This document shows, one piece after another, positions 37,018 through 64,000 of a stretch of DNA of 64,000 bases (positions are counted from its first letter, which is position 1; each line of letters begins with the position of its first letter). This stretch comes from Paraspadella gotoi (lineage: Eukaryota > Animalia > Chaetognatha), in contig CM119263.1 in assembly GCA_051294375.1 (NCBI GenBank), positions 10,095,552 through 10,159,551 on the forward strand. Direction: 5' to 3'. Made by a program: the position numbers and the translations under genes. Under the pieces are notes generated by a model. The model did not search any database. It had not been told where the DNA came from and was given only the letters and a program-made list of their open reading frames with translations.

Positions 37018-40000
37018 ACTTATAAAATAAAATAGAGGAGAAAACTGACTTTTGTTTTTTTTTTCATCGATACGAGTCGCCATCTCTTTAGTCAATCGTG
37101 AAAAAATTACAAAATTCTTGCAATAATCAGAGTATTATTCAGGCTTCTAGGCCCTAAATCATCATTTTATTTTTCGTGAAAGTCTTGCGCAATCTAAAAA
37201 GATTTTGCAATTTGGCTTTCAATTTATTATAAATGAGATCTTATTTCATATCGCCATTTTCATTTCTTTTTTGAAATCGGAGGTCGGAACTTTCGTCGAA
37301 AAGTTTTTTTTAAAAAGAAACTTTAGTGTTCACTCTCGGAACATTGATGAAAGGTATTTTTTTCCTTATATTTTTAATTCGATTTTAATTCGTCATCAAA
37401 GAAAATATCGTCATAAGATTATGCAATCCCGACAGGAGAAAACGACAGTTTTGATGCGAACTCAAGCAATACGTCAAGTACGGCGGTGAGACAAAGCAGC
37501 GGCGCGGTAAGTTAAATATTCGTCCAACATACTTTTACTTAATTTTCTTAAGAATTAAATAAAAAAAACTTTTCTATTTTCAATCATCATACTACTCTTA
37601 AATCCTATTATTACATTTGATTTCATTGCTTAGTATCAATTACCTTATGAGTACGAGCATAATCCGAATCAAGAATAAGAACCAGACTATTTTGTATCGT
37701 TCGCAGAATCGGCCGGGCGGTTCACCAGAATGATGATAGCGAGAAGAAAGAAAGAGAAAGAAGCGATGGAAAAATCGCGGGAGAAAACGGAGCAGACGAT
37801 GAAGGGAGAAATTCTGCGGAGATGAAGGAAAGTCACGAAAATGGATAAATTGATACGGGAGGGAAATTAGGGATGACTTAAGTTGATGATTACAAATTAA
37901 TCGCTGTCTGACTTTGTGAGCGACAACGTATTTAATTGCTGCTGTTTTTGAAGCCTAAGTGAAACAAAACCATGACATGAATGAGATTGATATCATGAGT
38001 GATTGAGATTAATAACTTAACTTAACTTTGAGGGTATAATTATACTTATTATTTTCAAAGACGGCGTCTCTTTTCCTTTTTAAAACGTTTCTATTGTGAA
38101 TATATATTATATTTACTGAATACATTAATAAAGTCTGGGGTACCGAGTTATCTTGCATTCTATTCTTCCGGACTCATGAAATTGTGATACAAAACTAGAG
38201 GGACAATTTAAAATGACTGTATTTAAATGTACAAATGCCAGTCAGTGCATAACAAATTCAGTTACAGTAGCTTCATTTTAATTTACATCATCACAATGGT
38301 TGACTTTCGATTTAAAAAAAAAAAATTAAGACTGGTACATTTATTGAAAAAAAAAACATAATAAAATCAAAAGAGGCGGACAAGAGAATATTCAAGAGAA
38401 GCTTTAAAGAAGAGGTTCAAAATAGAATTGGAAAAGAGAGATAGAGAATGAAAGAACACAAGAGATTGAAAAGAGAGGTTGAACTTAAAAAATAAAAGGA
38501 AGGCTGTTGAGAGAGAATGAAATTTGAGGCTGAGAAAACATGTCGCTTAGAAAAAAAAGAGAACCAGCCTCTTAGATGCAGAATCTTAGTAGAATACGGG
38601 GACGAGGGCTGTATCGAGGGGGGGTTATGGGAGTGGAGAACTCCAACGGGTCAAGTGGAAAGATCAAGTAAGTCAAAGAGGTGGAGAGGAGAGGCAGGGA
38701 GAAGAGCGGGGAAAATCTTTTTTTTTTTCAGATTGACAACGGATTGAGAAGAAAATCATCATTTCAAAGAAAACACTTTTTTTTTTGGTGTCGAAAAAAC
38801 GAATTGACGCGAACCTCGCGAAGTACGATAACAAAATAATCATTTAGATTCCAAGAGTTTTTTTTTTTATCTCAGAGAAAAAAAAACGAATCGAAAAAAA
38901 CATAATTAAACACAATAAACAACAAACGACGGGGCTGTTGTTTACGAATAAGTTCTAGGACTAAGTAATTCAATAATTAATTACGCTTCGTAGAAAGTAA
39001 AACCAAGAATATGCGGCGTCGGAATGAAAGATAGAGATAGAAAATAAGAAAGAGAAACAATTAGATTGATTTCTTTAGCGGTAATACTGTAGACATACGA
39101 CGGTATAATTTATTGGGAGTAAAGAGAGAATAACCGTTGATGTTTCGATGGTCTAGACCAGCAGACGGAATAAATGTTATCTAACTATTATCTAGTGTTC
39201 TTTTTTTTTTCAAAGGACCAACAGGCGAACATACGTAGGAATAATTTAAGGGAAATGGCACATCGTATTTGCGAAAAGGGGAGGGGGTGTAGAATCAAGT
39301 AGCTTCTTAATTGAAAAAATAAACAAACGTAAACCGTTCGCTATTGTTTTATTTTAATTTTTTTTGTTCATCACGTATCCTAAAAGGTAGTTTATTGGAT
39401 AGTTTTGACTAATTGAGGTGAGCCTAACTTAAAATATTTTACAATATCGATATCATTGTGCTAGATTAACTCACGGAAAGTAAAAAAAAAAAAGACATCG
39501 GTAAAAACGTTCCGAGGGAGAATAGGGGAAATACAAAGAATTTGTTGCAAAGAAAGGATTTTTTTTTCCGCTATGGGATGGGAATTAACCTAAGGCACCC
39601 ACTGAAGGTTAAAAAAATCGTTGGCAATTATAAACGAGAAAAAGTTTTAGTATGAGATTCGAGTCGTAACTTTTATAGTTTCGCTCGTTAAGATTATGAC
39701 AAATTTATTATTTTTTTTTCTCGATATATAAATGATATGAGTCTTAGAACGAAACGAAAACAGCCCCATTTTTTTTACGCTTCTCGATGGTAAACTCGTT
39801 TTGCCTTTTATTTATTCGAGAACGACAAAGTTACGCTTTTTTAGTAGACATGAGTCTTAAACATGACCAAAGGAATGAGATTGAAGGCAAAAACATGACA
39901 ACCGCGTTTGATATTGAACGTTTTCCAGGTTAGCTTGTTTAAGGAAAGAAATCGCGATTTTAAAACGTCGTTTGATTCGCGCGTAACAAAAAGAATGGGA

Positions 40001-40209
40001 AGGATAAAAAAAAAAAAAAAAGAAAAAAAAAGAAAGAACAAAACACAAAGGTAAAAACCCTTTTACTTTTATTGGTTTTATTTCCGCGTTACGTTTTGCT
40101 TCGGGAACCGAATTAAGTCTGCTCCGCTGTACTCTTCCTATTACATTGTTTACGTTTTAACGATTTTCATACTTTTTTTGGTTTTTATATCCGCATTAAT
40201 TATATTGTT

Positions 40210-40885
40210 TCAAACGTGCGTGGAGGAGGCGGCCCTGGGGGCTCGCGACATTCCCCGGACTTGCTGCCCCCGGAATCGGTTGATGACGCTGCCGCAGGGG
40301 GATGAGGGGGCCGTCGCCCGGGGGCGTGCCGCTTCCGCCGCCGCCAGGAGAGACGGAGCCCGAGTGGTGGGACCTCGCCACTCCGGCACCGAGCGGCAGG
40401 CCCTCGGGAATGGACCCGTTGATGTGGAGAGCTCGAAGGGCGGGTGAGGCGGGGAAGGGGGGCGGGGCGGCGGCGGCGCGGGCCAGGGACCCGTAAGGGT
40501 TGGCGGCGGCGACCCCGCCGTTGCAGAGGCCGAGGCTCGTCACCACGTGCCGCCGTGGGTCGGGGGTGCCGCGACGCCGCCCGCCGCCGCGACGCCGGCC
40601 GGATGGGCGCCGGCCACGATGACGCCGTCGTGTCGCGTGGCGCCGTAGCTCGGGTCGTGCTGGTCGTAAGGGATGGAGCAGGGGTAGGCGTGGTGCAGGA
40701 TGCCGCCGATGGTGACGCCGGCGCCGAGACCCGCGTGCCGGTCGTAGCTGTTGTAGCCCGTGTCGGGGTATTCCTCGAGGGAGAGCCCCACGGGCGGGCA
40801 AGGGGCGAACTCGGGCGGGGGTCGGATCTTCAGGGGCTCCGAGGTCGGGCGAAGTGTTGGTAGTTGGCTTGACGGCGCCGTGCCC
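40210..40885 (-). CDS. Redundant copy of the terminal exon of the Kirre/NEPH-like gene (with indels)
   Basis: Same exon as 32559-33212 and 48360-49036; ends ACG CAC GTT TGA. Confidence 0.5.
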
Positions 40886-41535
40886 TGTTAAGTGGGGGGG
40901 GTTGAAAGAGGAGTGGGTTAATCAGGGTGGAGGGAAGATTGTAAATGAAAAAACATTTTCTAAATCAAATCGGAAAAAAAAAAAAAAAAAAAAAAAAATT
41001 CGCTTCCCAAATCGTCGGGTCAGAATTAAAGGGGGCGGGGGAGACGGGGAAAAACCGATCAAAATCGTCACGCCGCGGATTTACGGGAGGGTGGTGGAGG
41101 TGGGAGGTGAGGAGGTGGTGGAGGAGGTGGCGGAGGGCGGAATCTGGGTGGACTCACGGAAGGAGAGGACAGGGAAGATGTTAAAGAAGGGGTTCAGGCG
41201 GACTTAACGCTGGGGCATCGACAAGCGAGGACAAAGCGGCACTGATTAAAATGGAAAAAGCGGATTAAGAAAAAAAAAACATTGAGTTTGACGAAGAGAT
41301 AAAAAAAAAAACATTGGCGAGGACAATTGCACTATTAATTGAATTATGAAGCGGCACAAACGAAAGTCTCAGAAGAAAAATTGCGTAAGGGAAAAACGGG
41401 CTTTTATGGAATTAATCATTGAACGTTAAACATTTGAATGTGAGATAAGCGCTCGACGTTCCTGCGAGGCCGGGTTAACTTAAACTCTAAAATTTCGCGA
41501 GGAAAAAAATGGCTGAACACGAGTTACGATCGCGG

Positions 41536-41641
<106 letters not shown>

Positions 41642-41980
41642 AGCGATCACCTCTTTCTTTATAATTTTTTCAATTCACGTTCAAATCAAATTCAACAGAA
41701 AAACGAAATCAATCAAAGAGAAGAAAAACCTTTTCACGTCGTCGTCGTCGTCGTCGTCACCGTCGTCGTTGTCGTCATCGTCGCCGTCGTCTTTAAGACT
41801 GACGTTTTCATCCGCTTTTTTGAAACCTTTTCTTCCCCTCTCACACTGTTGATCGTCTTTTAAAACCTTTTTCCATTTCTCTGTCTCTCTCTTTTCTCTT
41901 TTTGACTGTCTCTCTGNNNNNNNNNNNNNNNNNNNNNNNNNTTCAAAATTATATTTTTCTTTGGGTTCCTCATTTGTCAG

Positions 41981-42827
41981 TCCGCCTCTGGGCAGCCTCG
42001 TCTTTCCCGGCGACGACGCCTGCCTGCTTCCGCCTGATAAGAGGGACGTCCTGATTCGAATTAAGTCAGATGCGTCGACGGTGAGGAATTTTATCATCGG
42101 ATTCCCAATCAGTATTTGACAATGACATGATAACAATTTTGTATAATAGTACTAAAATTATAATTATCAGAGGCTGCATCTTCCGATTGGGTTTGGGTGG
42201 CAATAGGAATAGCAGTTTTCTTCTCGACTTTAATCTTCTCTTCGTGATATTCGCCATAATTAGGAGGAAGAGGAATGGCACCGAAGAAGGAGGAGAAACA
42301 AAAGATAAGCAAAGTGAGAAAAATACATTTATTTAATCGTTTATAAAGTTTTTTTTTAACATTAATTATTAGCTCGGTCAATATCTAATTCAAATAATCA
42401 ATTAAGTCAATCAATAACTTAAATCCCCGCATCCAATAATCCATTTATCCTTCAATCGCTCAAAATCTCCATCCACCAATACTCCCGTCCACTCTTCTTT
42501 TCAAATGTCCAAGTCCCTGTGGATCCGGATTACGGTTACGAGGTCGTCGACGACGGAAAGATCGACGATCCAACTCCAGCGCCCAGAGTCTCCAAGAACA
42601 ACATCACCAACGAGAACAACAGCAAGAACAACCTTTACATAGACCTCTCTTCCTCCGATAATGATGAATACGTCAAGTTGGATTTCGACAAAGAGTTTGA
42701 CGATAACGACGATGAACGACGAAATCACCAAATCAGTCGTCATGGCAACGGGACGCTCGCACCGACTGATGATCACGAGTACCTGAAAGCTTTGTCGATT
42801 CGTCTGCCAGTGCAGAAAGAAAATTAA
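41981..42827 (+). pseudogene. Third partial copy of the ITAM-bearing receptor (same as 33822-34668)
   Basis: ORF translations identical to copy 2. Confidence 0.55.
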
Positions 42828-43177
42828 TAAAATTGAATGATAATTTTTTTTCTCGACCTTTTTATTTTCTTATTTATTTATTTCTTTTTCTCTATGTAAG
42901 TTCTCGACATCGATATGTTCTTTTTCAATAAAATCGTTTGAAAATTATATTATCAAGAAGTTTTGTACGTTACAAGCAGTGGTTGTCTTCTCTTTATTGA
43001 ACACTAGTCTGTACGTTCATCCCCTTCACATCATACTTTAAAAAGTTTAAGGCGAAGATAGAGAAATGTGTATTTCGCCAAAAGCACTATTATCAATCGG
43101 CTAAAGTATATTTGACTTTGTCCTCGTCGCAAAATCGTTTTTACTTCTTATACAAGCATCGACGTCGCTTCATACTT

Positions 43178-45176
43178 GGCAGTGTCTACGAAAGCCTTTT
43201 GTCAAGAAATGAACCGAATCTCCTGATTATTCAAATATGAATGGTAAATTTTTTATACTTTGAACTATATACAAAGAGTGCCGAACAATGGTGTAAATAA
43301 AACCATTCCCATATAAATTTGATACAGTAAAGATAGTTTTTAAGCAATTTTATCTTCAAAAATCTTGTCCATTTTTGTCCATTTTCAGTTTTGGCACTAA
43401 TTTTCAAGGTGAAGATCAAAAAAGAAAAATTTTTTACTTTGCTTTTGGGTTCGCCTTTATGTTCTTTCTACTGGGGTAAAAGCATTTTTGTTAATGATTC
43501 ACCGTTTGTCTGCAATGAATTTTTAAAATGGTTAGTCAAAAAATGGCATTTTTTCATTTCAGCATTTTAGACTAACTGAACATTCTTAAATTAATTGAAA
43601 CTAATGCAAAATATTCCCCACATGATAAGCTAATTATATCTGTAATATAAAGAAATAAGCTTCATGCGTTTTCTTAAAGATTTTTTTTAAGATGTCTTTG
43701 AATTGTGATTTTTGTGATTGTAGTTATTTTTCCTTTCGACTATAGATTTATTTGTTTTTATAGTTTTATTAGTTGGACTAGTTATTATTCTTGTTAAATC
43801 TCAAAAAAACCGCATCATTTTACGTTATCTTAAAGCATCAGGATAATTTTTTAATCATTTTTTCCCAGTGTCGACACGATTTTGCGGAAAAATTATTCCG
43901 CCAAAATCTGTCGACTTTACTAAATCTGCTAAGCAACCAAAATCAAAAAAGAAATGGCGAGTTACCGAATTATTTGGAGCATAAACTAAAATAAACCAAA
44001 AAAAGGAAAGAAATGTTGAAGAGGGATTTATGATAATCGCCAGTGGGCGAAGATGGCAGGGTTGTATCGGGACCTTCAACGAAGCCCTCCAATCTGGTTT
44101 CATGCGGACGGCGCAGTCGACAAGTTCAACAGTCTTATTCATGGATCTGAGAGATAATATAATGGGGAGACGCTTACCAAGAACCAAGTATTCTGTCACT
44201 TGAAAAAGAAAGAAAGAGAGAGAGAGAGAGACACGCAGTAGACGCACTTCGTAAGGATGCGACGAACCGCTTTACGGGCTCGGAGGATTAAATACTTGCG
44301 TAGAATTTCACTGCAGGTTTGATCCGTTGGATGAGGGCGCGGACAAGATCGTCATCACTTGGCAAATGAGGCGATTCGCTGTCGAACGAATATTGATAAA
44401 TGTACGCCTTACTCTTATATTTCTCTCTCTTTCTCTCTCTCATTTAAGCCGTCTTATTGGTCTTCTCAATAATTTTACCGGTCTTTTACATGGCCGTTGT
44501 CAATTTTTGGAGAAAGAGACACACGTTCTTAGTAGTTCTGATTAAGACTCGCCTTTGAACATTTTGCCCGACACGAATATTGGTTTTACGGGATTTTTTC
44601 GGGACAAAAAAGTTTCTCTCTTTCTGCTTATTCGTTGTGACTTCTTATTCATGATTCCTATCGAGATTCAGCGAAACATTCAGTCGAAATCTCCTCGTCA
44701 AACTTCAAGGTACGGTTAACGTCTCGAACGCGTGATTCGGGCATGAAGTTGAACTCGAGCATCCACAAATCGGCGGGAAAAGGGCTGCATGAGCGGGAGA
44801 AGCGATGAGAGCGGCGACGTCCGCATTTTTCTCGACGATCACAAGAAAGAGTGTCTACGCTACATTTCTTCTCACGAAAAGCTTAAATTTAAAAAAAATT
44901 TTTAAGCCAATAGTTCAGTAGATTTTATAACTCGATAGTTGAAATATATTTTTTCAGCTCAATTAGTTCAAAAACTTTGAAAGAACTTTTGTCGTAGCAA
45001 ATTTTGAAGTAATAGAATAAGCAACAGTGCGTTGTGCTTAATGACAGAGAGATAACTATTCCAAATCGATTTTTAAAATCAAGAATGACCCAAAAGAATC
45101 AAACGAGACACTAGAAAGTAGTAATTTTAATAGATAGAAATCAAGAGTTTGAGAAAGGCTTTTCGTAGACACTGCC
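43178..45176. mobile_element. Second copy of the 2.0-kb TIR element, same TSD and flanks
   Basis: Same TIRs, ACTT TSD and internal sequence as 35019-37017, offset 8159 bp. Confidence 0.85.
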
Positions 45177-48100
45177 ACTTATAAAATAAAATAGAGCGAA
45201 AACAGACTTTTGTTTTTTTTTTTCATCGATACGAGTCGCCATCTCTTTAGTCAATCGTGAAAAAATTACAAAATTCTTGCAATAATCAGAAGTATTATTC
45301 AGGCTTCTAGGACCTAATCATCATTTTTATTTTTCGTGAAAGTCTTGCGCAATCTAAAAAGATTTTCAATTTGGCTTTCAATTTATTATAAATGAGATCT
45401 TATTTCATATCGCCATTTTCATTTCTTTTTGAAAATCGGAGGTCGGAACTTTCGTCGAAAAGTTTTTTTTTTAAAAAGAAACGGTTTCAGTGTTCACTCT
45501 CGGAACATTGATGAAAGGTATTTTTTTCCTTTTTATTTAATTCGATTTTAATTCGTATCAAGAAAATATCGTCATAAGATTATGCAATCCCGACAGGAGA
45601 AAACGACAGTTTTGATGCGAACTCAAGCAATACGTCAAGTACGGCGGTGAGACAAAGCAGCGGCGCCGGTAAGTTAAAATTCGTCCAACATACTTTTACT
45701 TAATTTTCTTAAGAATTAAATAAAAAAAACTTTTCTATTTTCAATCATCATACTACTCTTAAATCCTATTATTACATTGATTTCATTGCTTAGTATCAAT
45801 TACCTTATGAGTACGAGCATAATCCGAATCAAGAATAAGAACCTAGACTATTGTACTTCGCAGAATCGGCCGGGCGGTTCACCAGAATGATGATAGCGAG
45901 AAGAAAGAAAGAGAAAGAAGCGATGGAAAAATCGCGGGAGAAAACGGAGCAGACGATGAAGGGAGAAATTCTGCGGAGATGAAGGAAAGTCACGAAAATG
46001 GATAAATTGATACGGGAGGGGAAATTAGGGATGACTTTAAGTTGATGATTACAATTAATCGCTGTCTGACTTTGTGAGCGACAACGTATTTAATTGCTGC
46101 TGTTTTTGAAGCCTAAGTGAAACAAAACCATGACATGAATGAGATTGATATCATGAGTGATGAGATTAATAACTTAACTTAACTTGAGGGTTATATTATA
46201 TTATTATTTTCAAAGACGGCGTCTCTTTTCCTTTTTAAAACGTTTCTATTGTGAATATATATATATATTTACGTGAATACATTAATAAAGTCTGGGGTAC
46301 CGAGTTATCTTGCATTCTATTCTTCCGGACTCATGAAATTTGTGATACAAAACTAGAGGGACAATTTAAAATGACTGTATTTAAATGTACAAATGCCAGT
46401 CAGTGCATAACAAATTCAGTTACAGTAGCTTCATTTTAATTTACATCATCACAATGGTTGACTTTCGATTTAAAAAAAAAAAAATTAAGACTGGTACATT
46501 TATTGAAAAAAAAAACATAATAAAATCAAAAGAGGCGGACAAGAGAATATTCAAGAGAAGCTTAAAGAAGAGGTTCAAAATAGAATTGGAAAAGAGAGAT
46601 AGAGAATGAAAGGAACACAGAGATTGAAAAGAGAGGTTGAACTTAAAAATAAAAGGAAGGCTGTTGAGAGAGAATGAAATTTGAGGCTGAGAAAACATGT
46701 CGCTTAGAAAAAAAAGAGAACCAGCTCTCTTAGATGCAGAATCTTAGTAGAATACGGGGACGAGGTCTGTATCGAGGGGGGGTTATGGGAGTGGAGAACT
46801 CCAACGGGTCAAGTGGAAAGATCAAGTAAGTCAAAGAGGTGGAGAGGAGAGGCAGGGAGAAGAGCGGGAAAATCTTTTTTTTTTTCAGAATGACAACGGA
46901 TTGAGAAGAAAATCATCATTTCAAAGAAAAACACTTTTTTTTTGGTGTCGAAAAAACGAATGACGCGAACCTCGCGAAGTACGATAACAAAATAATCATT
47001 TAGATTCCAAGAGTTTTTTTTTTTATCTCAGAGAAAAAAAAACGAATCGAAAAAAACATAATTAAACACAATAAACAACAAACGACGGGGCTGTTGTTTA
47101 CGAATAAGTTCTAGGACTAAGTAATTCAATAATTAATTACGCTTCGTAGAAAGTAAAACCAAGAATATGCGGCGTCGGAATGAAAGATAGAGATAGAAAA
47201 TAGAGAAAGAGAAACAATTAGATTGATTTCTTTAGCGGTAATACTGTAGACAATACGACGGTATAATTTATTGGGAGTAAGAGAGAATAACCGTTGATGT
47301 TTCGATGGTCTAGACCAGCAGACGGAATAAATGTTATCTAACTATTATCTAGTGTTCTTTTTTTTTTCAAAGGACCAACAGGCGAACATACGTAGGAATA
47401 ATTTAAGGAAATGGCACATCGTATTTGCGAAAAGGGGAGGGGGTGTAGAATCAAGTAGCTTCTTAATGAAAAATAAACAAACGTAAACCGTTCGCTATTG
47501 TTTTTATTTTATTTTTTTTGTTCATCACGTATCCTAAAAGGTAGTTTATTGGATAGTTTTGACTAATTGAGGTGAGCCTAACTTAAATATTTTACAATAT
47601 CGATATCATTGTGCTAGATTAACTCACGGAAAGTAAAAAAAAAAAAGACATCGGTAAAAACGTTCCGAGGGAGAATAGGGGAAATACAAAGAATTTGTTG
47701 CAAAGAAAGGATTTTTTTTCCGCTATGGGATGGGAATTAACCTAAGGCACCACTGAAGGTTAAAGAAAATCGTTGGCAATTATAAACGAGAAAAAGTTTT
47801 AGTATGAGATTCGAGTCGTAACTTTTATAGTTTCGCTCGTTAAGATTATGACAAATTTATTATTTTTTTTTCTCGATATATAAATGATATGAGTCTTAGA
47901 ACGAAACGAAAACAGCCCCATTTTTTTACGCTTCTCGATGGTTAAACTCGTTTTGCCTTTATTTATTCGAGAACGACAAAGTTACGCTTTTTAGTGAGAC
48001 ATGAGCTTAAACATGACCAAAGGAATGAGATTGAAGGCAAAAACATGACAACCGCGTTTGATATTGAAACGTTTTCCAGGTTAGCTTGTTAAGGAAAGAA

Positions 48101-48359
48101 ATCGCGATTTAAAACGTCGTTTGATTCGCGCGTAACAAAAAAGAATGGGAAGGATAAACAAAAAAAAAAAAAGAAAAAAAAAGAAAGAACAAAACACAAA
48201 GGTAAAAACCCTTTTACTTTTATTGGTTTTATTTCCGCGTTACGTTTTGCTTCGGGAACCGAATTAAGTCTGCTCCGCTGTACTCTTCCTTTTACATTGT
48301 TTACGTTTAACGATTTTCATACTTTTTTGGTTTTTATATCCGCATTAATTTATATTGTT

Positions 48360-63799
<15,440 letters not shown>

Positions 63800-64000
63800 C
63801 TGTGAGATATGAACGAAAGGGACGAACGAATCAATTAAGATCTGAATGAATAAATCATTAAATAAATGAATGAATTAAAGAATGAATCCGTCAGTGAATG
63901 AATGATTAAAAGGAAGAATAAAAAAATGAATCAAATATTTTATGAAAGAAAAACAGAATTTATGAAAGAATAATATTATTTAATTATCAGAAAAAAAGAA

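Noticed and set aside
48350-48359. Alternative C-terminus ...RTFETI*
   Set aside because: The three copies carry indels, and the frame ending STHV* matches the Kirre/NEPH family terminus, so it was preferred.

Overview
Eukaryotic (metazoan, compact invertebrate-type) genomic DNA with AT-rich introns, CpG-rich exons, many (CT)n/(AG)n tracts and N gaps. Spliced genes I reconstructed by hand: the 3' end of an unknown low-complexity protein (+), a secreted S1 serine protease (+), a divergent Naa50/San-like GNAT lacking its catalytic residues (-), a secreted group III phospholipase A2 (-) head-to-head with a heparanase-like GH79 glycosidase (+), a single-pass Cys-rich (SUEL-lectin-like) receptor with an ITAM-spaced cytoplasmic tail (+), and a Kirre/NEPH-like Ig adhesion protein ending in -THV (-). 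Repeats include tRNA-derived SINEs, Helentron/HINE-like elements and two TIR-bounded elements. Much of 9-16 kb and 28-63 kb is redundant (tandem triplication and a ~10.7 kb fold-back), most likely long-read/gap-filling artefact plus a second haplotype. All family assignments come from recalled motifs, not database searches.
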